Origin: a virus
Strand: one strand, 5' to 3'
Virus record (IMG/VR): IMGVR_UViG_3300027806_000001
Span: 96,001-160,000 of that record
DNA length: 64,000 nt
This document shows, piece by piece, positions 8,960-16,980 of the stretch; within the stretch, counting starts at the first letter, position 1; every line of letters begins with the position of its first letter. A program made the translations under genes and the position numbers. The notes under the pieces were generated by a model. That model saw only the letters and a list, made by a program, of their open reading frames with translations. It searched no databases and had not been told where the DNA came from.

Positions 8960-9240
8960 GATGAACCTCCTTCGCCGTTGCCACTGCCGTTGCCATCGCC
9001 GCTGCCGGCGCCGTCGCCGTAGCCCCTGCCGTTGCCGTAACCTTTGCCGTTGCCCCGGCCTTCGCCATCGCCGCCGCCGTTGCCGCTGCCCCAGCCTGTG
9101 CCGTGGCCGCAGCCTGTGCCGCGGCCTATGCCGTAGCCCATGCCGCTGCCCTCGCCGTCACCCGAGCCGCTGCTCCAGCCCTTGCCGTCCCCCATGCCGT
9201 TGCCCTCGCCCTCGCCATGGCCATTACCTGGGTTGCTCAT
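8956..9240 (-). CDS. Gly-X repeat protein, unit 2
   Basis: MSNPGNG...GNGEGGSS; SD GGAGG; ATGA overlap. Confidence 0.7.
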   Translation of the reverse strand: MSNPGNGHGEGEGNGMGDGKGWSSGSGDGEGSGMGYGIGRGTGCGHGTGWGSGNGGGDGEGRGNGKGYGNGRGYGDGAGSGDGNGSGNGEGGSS

Positions 9241-9586
9241 TCGAAACCTCCTTCGGCATCCTCGAGTAGATCGGCTCGCGCAGCCTGAGGATGTAGTGGT
9301 CGCCCTCGCTCTGAGGCCCGACCTCCACGTCTATCATGGCCGCCTGCACCAGGTCGCACATCAGGGGGTGCACGTCCCTGAGGCGCAGCCTGAACATACC
9401 GGCCACGTCGCGCAGCTGGACGCCCGCCGGCCCCGCGGCCGACACCAGGGCCATCACGGCCTTCCTGCGGTCCGCCGAGCGCAGCAGCCGCCGGCCGGGG
9501 CCTGCCGCCTTGCGCCGGACCCTGTGCCGCTCGGCAAGCTGCTCGGCAAGCATGCGGAGCCTCGTGTCGATCGCCGGACCGCTCAT
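9224..9586 (-). CDS. Putative winged helix-turn-helix protein inserted in the Gly array
   Basis: RKAVMALVSAAGPAGVQLRDVAGMFRL..HPLMCDLVQAAMIDVE pattern. Confidence 0.5.
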   Translation of the reverse strand: MSGPAIDTRLRMLAEQLAERHRVRRKAAGPGRRLLRSADRRKAVMALVSAAGPAGVQLRDVAGMFRLRLRDVHPLMCDLVQAAMIDVEVGPQSEGDHYILRLREPIYSRMPKEVSNEQPR

Positions 9587-9999
9587 GCCGAGCCTCCTTT
9601 GCCGTTGCCCTTGCCGTTGCCGTAACCTTTGCCGTCGCCCCGGCCTTCGCCATCGCCGCGGCCATCGCCACCAAAGACAAAGCCATGCGCCGAGCCGTGG
9701 CCGTAGCCTTTGCCGTTGCCGTAGCCCCTGCCGCTACCGCTGCCATAGCCGCGGCCGTAACCCCTGCCGTTGCCGCTGCCGTCGCCATCACCGTGGCCCT
9801 CGCCGAAGCCGCTGCCGAGTCCATTGCCTGCGTTGCCATGGCCGCCGCCGTCACCCGTGCCATCGCCCCAGCCGCTGCCGTAGCCATGGCCGTCGCCCAT
9901 GCCGCTGCCGCGGCCGCTGCCTTCACCGCTGCCGCTGCAATAGCCGGAGCCGCTGCCGTTGCCCTCGCCGCTGCCGTTGCCGTTACCTGGGTTGCTCAT
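9583..9999 (-). CDS. Gly-X repeat protein, unit 3
   Basis: MSNPGNG...GNGKGGSA. Confidence 0.7.
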   Translation of the reverse strand: MSNPGNGNGSGEGNGSGSGYCSGSGEGSGRGSGMGDGHGYGSGWGDGTGDGGGHGNAGNGLGSGFGEGHGDGDGSGNGRGYGRGYGSGSGRGYGNGKGYGHGSAHGFVFGGDGRGDGEGRGDGKGYGNGKGNGKGGSA

Positions 10000-10319
10000 T
10001 CGGAACCTCCTTTGCCGTTGCCCACGCCGCTGACGCTGCCGAAGCCGCTGCCGAGTCCATTGCCTGCGTTGCCATGGCCGCTGCCGTAGCCCCCGCCGTC
10101 ACCCGTGCCATCGCCCCAGCCGCTGCCGCTGCCTTTGCCATCGCCCCAGCCGCTGCCATCGCCATAGCCCCTGCCGTTGCCGCTGCCATAGCCCCTGCCG
10201 TTGCCGCTGCCACAGCCACTGCCGTAGCCATAGCCGGTGCCATCGCCCCAGCCGCTGCCGTAGCCGTTGCCCCTGCCACAACCGTGGCCGTTGCCGTTGC
10301 CACTACCTGGGTCGCTCAT
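9996..10319 (-). CDS. Gly-X repeat protein, unit 4
   Basis: Start trimmed to MSDPGSG (ATG 10319 after GGAGGTTCCGA); ends GNGKGGSE. Confidence 0.7.
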   Translation of the reverse strand: MSDPGSGNGNGHGCGRGNGYGSGWGDGTGYGYGSGCGSGNGRGYGSGNGRGYGDGSGWGDGKGSGSGWGDGTGDGGGYGSGHGNAGNGLGSGFGSVSGVGNGKGGSE

Positions 10320-10648
10320 TCGGAACCTCCTTTGCCGTTGCCCCATCCGTAGCCGGTGCCCCATCCGTAGCCGGTGCCCCAGCCGCTGCCATCGCCGCTG
10401 CCGTTACCCCAGCCGGTGCCGTAGCCATAGCCGGTGCCATCGCCCCAGCCGATGCCATGGCCGTAGCCGTCGCCGCTGCCGTCGCCGTTGCCCCAGCCGT
10501 TGCCGCTGCCCGTGCCGCCGCCGTCGTTTTGGCCAAAACCGCCGCCGAAGCCCCTGCCGTCGCCATCGCCCCTGCCGCTGCCGTAGCCGCTGCCGCAGCC
10601 ATGGCCGCGGCCGCTGCCCTCACCCTGGCCGTTACCTGGGTTGCTCAT
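10316..10648 (-). CDS. Gly-X repeat protein, unit 5
   Basis: Start trimmed to MSNPGNG (ATG 10648); ends GNGKGGSE. Confidence 0.7.
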   Translation of the reverse strand: MSNPGNGQGEGSGRGHGCGSGYGSGRGDGDGRGFGGGFGQNDGGGTGSGNGWGNGDGSGDGYGHGIGWGDGTGYGYGTGWGNGSGDGSGWGTGYGWGTGYGWGNGKGGSE

Positions 10649-10959
10649 TCGGAGCCTCCCTTGCCGTTGCCCATGCCGCCGCCAGTGCCGCAGCCGTAGC
10701 CGCCGCCGTCTCCTCTTCCGCCGCATTTGCCAAAGCCATGGCCGGTGCCGTCACCGAAGCCCTTACCTCTGCCGAAGCCCTTACCGTTGCCCCAGCCGCT
10801 GCCTTTGCCATCGCCCCAGCCGTAGCCGTCAGCGCTGCCCATGCCGCGGCCGCCGCCGTAGCCGCTGCAATAGCCGGAGCCGCTGCCGTCGTTTTGGCCA
10901 AAACCGCCGCCGAAGCCCCTGCCGCTGCCGTTGCCATTGCCACTACCTGGGTCGCTCAT
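10645..10959 (-). CDS. Gly-X repeat protein, unit 6
   Basis: MSDPGSG...GNGKGGSE. Confidence 0.7.
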   Translation of the reverse strand: MSDPGSGNGNGSGRGFGGGFGQNDGSGSGYCSGYGGGRGMGSADGYGWGDGKGSGWGNGKGFGRGKGFGDGTGHGFGKCGGRGDGGGYGCGTGGGMGNGKGGSE

Positions 10960-11261
10960 TCGGAGCCTCCTTTGCCGTTGCCACTGCCGTCGCCGATGCC
11001 GTAGCCCTCGCCGAAGCCCTTGCCATTGCAGTAGCCCCAGCCGAAGCCCCAGCCACTGCCATCGCCGTAGCCTCTGCCGAAGCCATCGCCGCCGCCGCTG
11101 CCGCGGCCGTTGCCGAGGCCCTCGCCGTTGCCGCTGCCGCCGCCCATGCCTCTGCCGTTGCCGTTGCCGCTGCCCTCGCCGCTGCCGCTGCCCATGCCTC
11201 CGCCCCTGCCGTTGCCGTCGCCATCACCCTGGCCGCTACCTTGTAAGTAGTTACCCATCAT
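10956..11261 (-). CDS. Gly-X repeat protein, unit 7 (variant N-terminus)
   Basis: MMGNYLQGSGQG...GNGKGGSE. Confidence 0.65.
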   Translation of the reverse strand: MMGNYLQGSGQGDGDGNGRGGGMGSGSGEGSGNGNGRGMGGGSGNGEGLGNGRGSGGGDGFGRGYGDGSGWGFGWGYCNGKGFGEGYGIGDGSGNGKGGSE

Positions 11262-11463
11262 GCCTCCTCATGTGCCGAGCGTTGAGGAAGAGCAGGGCCA
11301 GCACCCAGATAACCGAGGCCAGACAGGCGGCCACCCACACGACGGTGACCCATCCGGGACTGTTGGCGCCGTCAGCCTTGAGGACCAGGTTGGTCAGGAG
11401 CCCACTCCCTGTGAGAACAAGGCACGACCGCGCCCAAATGTATTCGTACTTTCTGGTTTTCAT
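11251..11463 (-). CDS. Small two-TM membrane protein
   Basis: Start trimmed to MKTRKYEY; two hydrophobic stretches. Confidence 0.55.
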   Translation of the reverse strand: MKTRKYEYIWARSCLVLTGSGLLTNLVLKADGANSPGWVTVVWVAACLASVIWVLALLFLNARHMRRHDG

Positions 11464-12170
11464 GGCTTCTCCTTCACTTTCTCCAGCAGCTGCTGGTACC
11501 TGGCATGCGCCGAGGCAAGGCACGAGTGGTGCTCCGCGCTCAGGAGATGCGACAACTTCGCGTCGAAGCCGCACCTGTACCGGGCGGTTGTCTTGATACG
11601 CTGCGGGTCGCTCCCGTCGCGTGGCGCAGCTCGGACTGCCGACATGGATTCGATCAAGGATCCGCTGACGATCGTCGGCTGGGGTCCGGAGATGGTCATA
11701 CGGAACCCCGTCACCCAGCCGTTCCTGGACCAGACCTCTTCCGTCAGCTCCTCGGGCTTGGCCTCTTCCTCGCCTTCCAGGATCTTCCACCGGTCATGCC
11801 TGGGCTTCAGCAGCCACCAGGTGCTGCCCCAGAGGTAGCAGACCGTGCGCTCCTCCGTGCCTCCGAACGGCAGCTGCAAGGACGTCAGCCGCAGCTGCGG
11901 ATTGACAGACACCGACCACTCCTTCCTGTCGAAGACGATCGCCTGGTCCCCGATGTACCTGAGGGTCAACGTCTTGAAGACTAGCTTGCTGAAGGTGTCG
12001 TGGCAGGTGCCGACGACATCTCCGACCTTGAGCCCCCACTTGCGGGCATGCTCGGCGTCCGACCCGCGGTTGCCTGGCCTTTCGGTGGAAGCAGTTTCGG
12101 GAGCCGCCAGACGGACCGACTCGTAGCCCAGGTTGTGGAAAACCTTCTCAGCGCATTCTTCCGACCTCAT
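11460..12170 (-). CDS. Hypothetical protein, paralog of 13796-14518
   Basis: Shared ARxWGLKVGDV motif. Confidence 0.65.
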   Translation of the reverse strand: MRSEECAEKVFHNLGYESVRLAAPETASTERPGNRGSDAEHARKWGLKVGDVVGTCHDTFSKLVFKTLTLRYIGDQAIVFDRKEWSVSVNPQLRLTSLQLPFGGTEERTVCYLWGSTWWLLKPRHDRWKILEGEEEAKPEELTEEVWSRNGWVTGFRMTISGPQPTIVSGSLIESMSAVRAAPRDGSDPQRIKTTARYRCGFDAKLSHLLSAEHHSCLASAHARYQQLLEKVKEKP

Positions 12171-12571
12171 TGTGCCTCCTGTCCGGCCGTCACGCCGTAG
12201 GTAAAGGTGCTGACCTTCATGTTTTTATTCTCGTCGATCTCGACGCTCCTGACGATCCTGCCCTCGGAATCGAACCGCTCCTCCTTGGAGGACAGCTCGA
12301 CGGCGTCCCTGCCCCACTCAGGGTCGCTGCGAATCAGCACGGCCTTCCTGCAGACCAGCCTTTCATCGCGGTCGTAGACCTCCGTGGTGGTCCACCTGCA
12401 ATGCAGCCCTGGACCCGGGGTCTTGCAGACCACTTCGCAACCGCCCAGGACATTCCAGGTCTCAGTTCGGTTCGCGCCCATGACCAGCCGGACATGCCCG
12501 TTGGGGTAGAGGACGATGCTCTCGCCCGGACGGTACTTGCAGTGCATTGTCCTGATCGCGTTATTGCTCAT
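12167..12571 (-). CDS. Hypothetical beta-rich protein
   Basis: Coupled ORF; AGGAGGACAAATGAGC junction. Confidence 0.6.
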   Translation of the reverse strand: MSNNAIRTMHCKYRPGESIVLYPNGHVRLVMGANRTETWNVLGGCEVVCKTPGPGLHCRWTTTEVYDRDERLVCRKAVLIRSDPEWGRDAVELSSKEERFDSEGRIVRSVEIDENKNMKVSTFTYGVTAGQEAQ

Positions 12572-12885
12572 TTGTCCTCCTTGGTTTGCTGTTTCTTAAA
12601 CAGGTGGTTCCAGCCTCTTTCGGCGGCGACACCTTCGGGCGTGTTCACTTCGTGTCCGGTTTCGTACCGCCGCATTGCATCGTCGTAGCAAATATCCTCC
12701 TGAGCCTCGTCGCGCTGCTCGATCGCGGCGGCAAGTTCGGCGCGGAGGTGTTCTACCTCGCGCATTCCCTGCCGCAGCATGTCGCCCTCACGGCTGTTGG
12801 GCCATGCGTAGGTTCCATCCGTCTGCGCATATGCGTGGTGCAGATTCAGGAGGAAAATCGACCCTGTCTGCTTGCCGTTGCTCAT
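12568..12885 (-). CDS. Hypothetical protein with xRDEA...GW module
   Basis: EQRDEAQEDICY...AERGWNHLF..TKEDK. Confidence 0.65.
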   Translation of the reverse strand: MSNGKQTGSIFLLNLHHAYAQTDGTYAWPNSREGDMLRQGMREVEHLRAELAAAIEQRDEAQEDICYDDAMRRYETGHEVNTPEGVAAERGWNHLFKKQQTKEDK

Positions 12886-13190
12886 TCGGAACCTCCCTGG
12901 CCGTTGCCAAAGCCGAAGCGATAGCCATGGCCATAGCCATGGCCAACGCCATTGCCATGGTCGCCACCATAGGCGAGGCCGTAGCCGCAGCCATGGCCGC
13001 TGCCCCAGCCCCTGCCGTTTCCGCTGCCGCGACCAATGCCGTGACCAAAACCGTTGCCCTTGCCCTCGCCGTAACCCTCGGCATTGCCGCCGCCGTAGCC
13101 GCGGCGCCTGCCATCGCCGCTGCCTTGCGCAGTGCCGCCGCCGTAGCCGCTGCCGTCGCCGAAACCGGGGTCATTACTCGGGTTGCTCAT
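12882..13190 (-). CDS. Gly-X repeat protein, unit 8
   Basis: MSNPSND...GNGQGGSE. Confidence 0.7.
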   Translation of the reverse strand: MSNPSNDPGFGDGSGYGGGTAQGSGDGRRRGYGGGNAEGYGEGKGNGFGHGIGRGSGNGRGWGSGHGCGYGLAYGGDHGNGVGHGYGHGYRFGFGNGQGGSE

Positions 13191-13498
13191 TAGGAACCTC
13201 CTTTGCCATTGCCCATGCCATTGCCCATGCCGCTGCCATAGCTGCTGCCGCTGCCATCGCCGTTGCCCTCGCCGTATCCATCGCCACTGCTACGGCCACG
13301 GCCGTGGCCGTAGCCCCCGCCGTTGCCGCAGCCGTTGCCTTCACCTTCGCCGTGGCCTCGGCCGTAGCCGCCTCCGCTGACATTACCATGGCCACTACCC
13401 CTGCCATCTCCAAAGCCGCCGCCGTTGCCCCTGCCCATGCCGTTGCCCCTGCCGTCACCACCACCATCGCCCCTACCTGGGTTGCCCGGGTTGCTCAT
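13190..13498 (-). CDS. Gly-X repeat protein, unit 9
   Basis: MSNPGNPG...GNGKGGS. Confidence 0.7.
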   Translation of the reverse strand: MSNPGNPGRGDGGGDGRGNGMGRGNGGGFGDGRGSGHGNVSGGGYGRGHGEGEGNGCGNGGGYGHGRGRSSGDGYGEGNGDGSGSSYGSGMGNGMGNGKGGS

Positions 13499-13812
13499 TC
13501 GGAACCTCCTTTGCCGTTGCCGTAGCCATTACCCCGGCCATCGCCGTAGCCCCTGCCATCGCCGTGGCCTACGCCTATGCCTGCACCGTAGCCCTGACCG
13601 TAACCGCTGCCATTGCCGCTGCCACTGCCCCAGCCACCGCCATCGCAGCCCCTGACGATGCCATCGCCGCAGCCACTGCCGTTGCCATTGCCCTGGCCAT
13701 CGCCCCGGCCGTAGCCCCTGCCACCGCCCCAGCCGCCACCTGAGCCGCCTGCGCTGCCCTCGCCACAGCCTCGACCGTTGCCATTACCTTGGCCATTACC
13801 TGGGTTGCTCAT
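13495..13812 (-). CDS. Gly-X repeat protein, unit 10
   Basis: MSNPGNG...GNGKGGSE. Confidence 0.7.
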   Translation of the reverse strand: MSNPGNGQGNGNGRGCGEGSAGGSGGGWGGGRGYGRGDGQGNGNGSGCGDGIVRGCDGGGWGSGSGNGSGYGQGYGAGIGVGHGDGRGYGDGRGNGYGNGKGGSE

Positions 13813-14518
13813 CTGTCCTCCTGCTGCTTGATCGCTCCACCGTGGTGGTGGTGACGGAGTCCCCTACGGTGATGACCTCCTTGACCATCTTGTCGTCCCG
13901 GTCGAGCCAGGTCTCGATGGTGTTGCCGCTGATCGCGGCGATGGCCAGCTTCTGCGTGCTGAGCAGTTCGCCGGAGGGGGACCAGAGGCGGGTGGTCACC
14001 GTGGTGAGAGAATCCCCGTCCACGTATCTGGAGGTAGTCTTGCAGCTTCCATCCCGGGCGTGGAGATGCGTCGTTCCATTGGAATCCTCGAGCTCGACGT
14101 CGCCGTTCTCACGCAGGGTCACCTTGAGGACGCTCATGCCCCTGGCGTGGATGACGCGGTCCTTGGCCGGCTCCGCCTTCGGCTCCGGGATCCGCTCCAT
14201 GAGGCGCCAGTGCCTGCAGGACAGGGAGTACGACGAGGTCTCGGGACACGTTCTGCAGGCTTTGGAGTCCACGTCGTCGGCAAAGAAGTCGTACATCTGC
14301 TCCTCCCACAGCACGCACCTCAGCCCGATGTGCAGCACCCGCAGGAAGACGATGTTTCCTACGCCTTTGTCGCAGGCGGTGTAGCGCTCGACTCCGGAGA
14401 TCACGTCCCCTACCTTGAGCCCCCATGTCCTCGCGGTTGCTGCCGGAGGCTCCACCATGTCCCCCCGGCCCAGCTCCCGGACCACCCGGTAGCCGTTCAC
14501 TTCCTGGAAATCGCTCAT
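13796..14518 (-). CDS. Hypothetical protein, paralog of 11460-12170
   Basis: Start trimmed to MSDFQEV after AAGGAGGACAG; ARTWGLKVGDV motif. Confidence 0.65.
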   Translation of the reverse strand: MSDFQEVNGYRVVRELGRGDMVEPPAATARTWGLKVGDVISGVERYTACDKGVGNIVFLRVLHIGLRCVLWEEQMYDFFADDVDSKACRTCPETSSYSLSCRHWRLMERIPEPKAEPAKDRVIHARGMSVLKVTLRENGDVELEDSNGTTHLHARDGSCKTTSRYVDGDSLTTVTTRLWSPSGELLSTQKLAIAAISGNTIETWLDRDDKMVKEVITVGDSVTTTTVERSSSRRTDEQPR

Positions 14519-15003
14519 CTGTCCTCCTTGGTTTCTTGTTCGTTGTACAGGTAGCCCCAGCCGCAGACTTCCGCGACCGACTCGGGAGTCGTGCACTCCA
14601 CCGTCTTCCCGTCGACTCGGCGGTACACGCCACCCATTCGCGCACACAGCTCGCAAACCCGGATCCGCGCCTCGTCGCGCTCCTTGACCGCGTCCAGGAG
14701 TTCCCTGCGCAGGACCAGGATCTCATCGGCCTGGCTCAGGCGCTCTTCGCCCTTCGGAGTTCCGTCCGGGTAGGCCCACTTGTGCCTTGTGGGGTAGTCG
14801 ACCAAGGAGCTCAGGTAGAGGATCCTGCCCTCTTTGGTCGGCTTCCAGATCCGCCTCCAGGCCCCGGTCTCGCCGTGAGACTGGTGGGAGCACGTGGCTA
14901 TGAAGCTCCAAGTACTGCTTCGGGGGTACTGCTCAAGCAGCCACCTGAGCGCAGGCTTGTCCTCCTCTGAAGAGTTTGACTCTATCTCCTTGATGATGCT
15001 CAT
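14515..15003 (-). CDS. Hypothetical protein with ERDEAR...GWGYLY module
   Basis: KERDEARIRVCEL...CGWGYLYNEQETKEDR. Confidence 0.7.
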   Translation of the reverse strand: MSIIKEIESNSSEEDKPALRWLLEQYPRSSTWSFIATCSHQSHGETGAWRRIWKPTKEGRILYLSSLVDYPTRHKWAYPDGTPKGEERLSQADEILVLRRELLDAVKERDEARIRVCELCARMGGVYRRVDGKTVECTTPESVAEVCGWGYLYNEQETKEDR

Positions 15004-15317
15004 CTGTCCTCCTTGGCTTCTCGCTGGTTGTACAGGTAGCCCCAGCCGCGGATCCTGGCGTGCCTGGCCGCGTCGTCGATGCTGCCGTTGGAGCTCAGCT
15101 CGCAGACCTCGATCCTGGCGTTGTCCCGCTCCTTGATCAGGGATTCCAGGTTGCGCAGGTGCTCCATTGCGACTTCGTGATGCTGCCTGTTCGCGCCCTT
15201 CATTGCGTCCAGCATCTCGGTGCGAGCCCGTTGCTCGCCCCGTACCGCCACGACGATGAAGATGGAGAACACGATCGAAGAGAAGACGATCGCCGCGCTG
15301 ATCATTGATTCAAACAT
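15000..15317 (-). CDS. Membrane-anchored protein with ERDNAR...GWGYLY module
   Basis: N-terminal TM segment; KERDNARIEVCEL...RGWGYLYNQREAKEDR. Confidence 0.7.
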   Translation of the reverse strand: MFESMISAAIVFSSIVFSIFIVVAVRGEQRARTEMLDAMKGANRQHHEVAMEHLRNLESLIKERDNARIEVCELSSNGSIDDAARHARIRGWGYLYNQREAKEDR

Positions 15318-15735
15318 TCTTTGTCTCCTTGTTCATGAGGTAGTTCCTGATCCGAACCATCTCCTCGCACCGGTAGAACGTGGCCACCCAGATCCTCGTC
15401 TCCCCGTCGTGGGCACTGCTCCGCACGTTGTGGCCGTTCACGGCCATGTAGTCCTCCAGGCCCTTCCTGGTGAGGGAGATCATGACGGTCTCCCACCGGT
15501 CCACGTAGCCGAACTCCTCGATCCCCTCCCGGTCCTCGTCCTCGGGCTCCGGCACCTCCTCGTAGTCGCCGGACAGCATGTCGATCCAGACGGTCTTGCC
15601 GTCGGAGTAGTTGGGGTCGAACCCCCGGTCGCGCACCTTGATCTGCAGGCAGAACATGGGGTCGCGCGTGCCGTGGTCGTTGCTGGCGGCGTCCGCCCTG
15701 AGCCGCTCCGAGATGTCCGAGATGTCGTCAGTCAT
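15310..15735 (-). CDS. Conserved phage hypothetical protein
   Basis: T.DPMF..Q...WETV...T..G...Y...NGHN...RIWV.T.YR..E...IR pattern recalled from many phages. Confidence 0.7.
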   Translation of the reverse strand: MTDDISDISERLRADAASNDHGTRDPMFCLQIKVRDRGFDPNYSDGKTVWIDMLSGDYEEVPEPEDEDREGIEEFGYVDRWETVMISLTRKGLEDYMAVNGHNVRSSAHDGETRIWVATFYRCEEMVRIRNYLMNKETKNV

Positions 15736-15756
15736 TTCTTTTTTCCTCTTTTTCTT

Positions 15757-15975
15757 TCAGAACTTCTTGAGGCAGTACGCCACGATGTCGGTCAAGTCGT
15801 GGACCTTTCTTCGCTCCTCCCCTGCGAGGGTGTGCCACTTGTCGCCGTTCAGCTTGGCACAGTGAAGCTCATGCTCGAGCTGTGCCACCTTGGCCTTCAG
15901 ATCCTTGACCTGCTTCTTCAGGGAATCCGCCTCGCCCGGTTCCAGCTTTTCATTCGGCGTGTTGTTGTTGCTCAT
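15757..15975 (-). CDS. Small coiled-coil protein
   Basis: Heptad-like LKKQVKDLKAKVAQLEHEL. Confidence 0.6.
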   Translation of the reverse strand: MSNNNTPNEKLEPGEADSLKKQVKDLKAKVAQLEHELHCAKLNGDKWHTLAGEERRKVHDLTDIVAYCLKKF

Positions 15976-16301
15976 GGCTCGGTCTCCTGCTGCGGCTTGA
16001 TCATCCCCAGCACCTCGAAGATGTCAACCGCCTTGAATTCGATCGGCGTGCGCCCCGCCGCACCCTCATCCGGGCCATCCTTGGTCAGGGGGTGGCTGCT
16101 GTCCGTTCCGGGATTGAGGTCGATCTCGTATTCGTAGAAATCGACCTCCGACGGGTTGTCGCCCGAGTAGTTGTCGAGAATCCACTGCTTCCGCTCCGCC
16201 CTCTTCTCGGCCGAATCGAATGCCTCGGCTCCGGTCTTGAAGACAGTCCAATCCTCCGATGCACCCGTATCCTCGTCCGCGAACAGAATGTACAACTTCA
16301 T
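15972..16301 (-). CDS. Acidic hypothetical protein
   Basis: Coupled ORF with natural composition. Confidence 0.6.
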   Translation of the reverse strand: MKLYILFADEDTGASEDWTVFKTGAEAFDSAEKRAERKQWILDNYSGDNPSEVDFYEYEIDLNPGTDSSHPLTKDGPDEGAAGRTPIEFKAVDIFEVLGMIKPQQETEP

Positions 16302-16549
16302 GGCTTGGCTCCCTTTCGCTTGGTTTTCTTCCTCTTGGCCGGCAGCAGGTACTCCCAGCCCCGCTGCTTTAGCTCCTGCCTCAGTTCCCGGGCGGACCAG
16401 CGCTCCCGCCAGCAGGCGATCAGCTCCGCCCTGGAGGCATCGCGCTCCTGCTCGATCATGGCGGACACCTCGGCAGGCACCGCCTTGACGTCACCCAGCC
16501 AGCACAGGGCGTGGAACGTGTTCTCGGATGTCCTAGTGGTCCTGGTCAT
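16298..16549 (-). CDS. Small protein with ERD..R...RGWEYL module
   Basis: QERDASRAELI...KQRGWEYLL. Confidence 0.55.
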   Translation of the reverse strand: MTRTTRTSENTFHALCWLGDVKAVPAEVSAMIEQERDASRAELIACWRERWSARELRQELKQRGWEYLLPAKRKKTKRKGAKP

Positions 16550-16928
16550 TCTCCGCCTCCTTGAGTCCGGAGGTCAGCTCCTCGGGCCTGCGCGACAGGG
16601 CGAGCGCCCTGCGCATCAGCTCGCCTGCGCGGGCCGACTGCCCATTGAAGTAGTAGGCGGCGGAGGCATGCCCCTTCCACACCTTCCTCAGCAGGGCATG
16701 CAGGCGGTGCAGCTCGTCCGCGGCCTGCGCATGGGTCCGCGCCCTCTCCAGCAAATCGAGGGTCTCCGTTATATCGACGTGCAGCTTGTCCAGCTCCTTC
16801 AGCACCCCCGTCACCCTGCTGTCCGGCAGGGCGGCATAGGCAGCCTGCTCCTTGAGCGACCGCAGCGGCGGCACGGGCACGCCGTCCACCCACATGTCCG
16901 GGGCCAGCCGCTTCCTCTTCTTAGCCAT
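16533..16928 (-). CDS. Hypothetical helical protein
   Basis: SD AAGGAG upstream of MAKKRKR. Confidence 0.6.
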   Translation of the reverse strand: MAKKRKRLAPDMWVDGVPVPPLRSLKEQAAYAALPDSRVTGVLKELDKLHVDITETLDLLERARTHAQAADELHRLHALLRKVWKGHASAAYYFNGQSARAGELMRRALALSRRPEELTSGLKEAENDQDH

Positions 16929-16980
16929 CCGATTCTCCTTTCATTGCTAAAGGACGCGCATGGGCGCACGTCCTGGGCGC

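Larger units (their letters stand above)
8672..13812 (-). repeat. Tandem array of ten paralogous Gly-rich ORFs with a conserved junction (GGCAAAGGAGGTTCCGAATGAGCAACCCAGGT consensus)
   Basis: Near-identical junction at about 8960, 9240, 10000, 10320, 10650, 10960, 12885, 13190 and 13500. Confidence 0.9.

Noticed and set aside
8560-13796. Ala/Thr/Met-rich alternative-frame ORFs across the Gly units (ending KE[V/A]PNE[Q/R]PR), superficially like Ala-rich antifreeze peptides
   Set aside because: An automatic result of GGC-NNC codon repeats; the SD and ATGA coupling point to the Gly frame. Not excluded without ribosome profiling.
8672-13812. CRISPR array or integron cassette array interpretation of the repeated junctions
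   Set aside because: Spacing is about 300 nt and coding, the junctions are not palindromic attC-like sites, and no cas or integrase gene is in the window.
8672-13812. Diversity-generating retroelement as the source of Gly-unit variation
   Set aside because: No reverse transcriptase in the window, and differences are block shuffles rather than adenine-specific substitutions.
8672-13812. RiPP precursor array (constant leader plus variable core)
   Set aside because: The conserved N-terminus is only about 5-7 aa, the conserved tail is explained by the overlapping SD, and no modifying enzyme is nearby.
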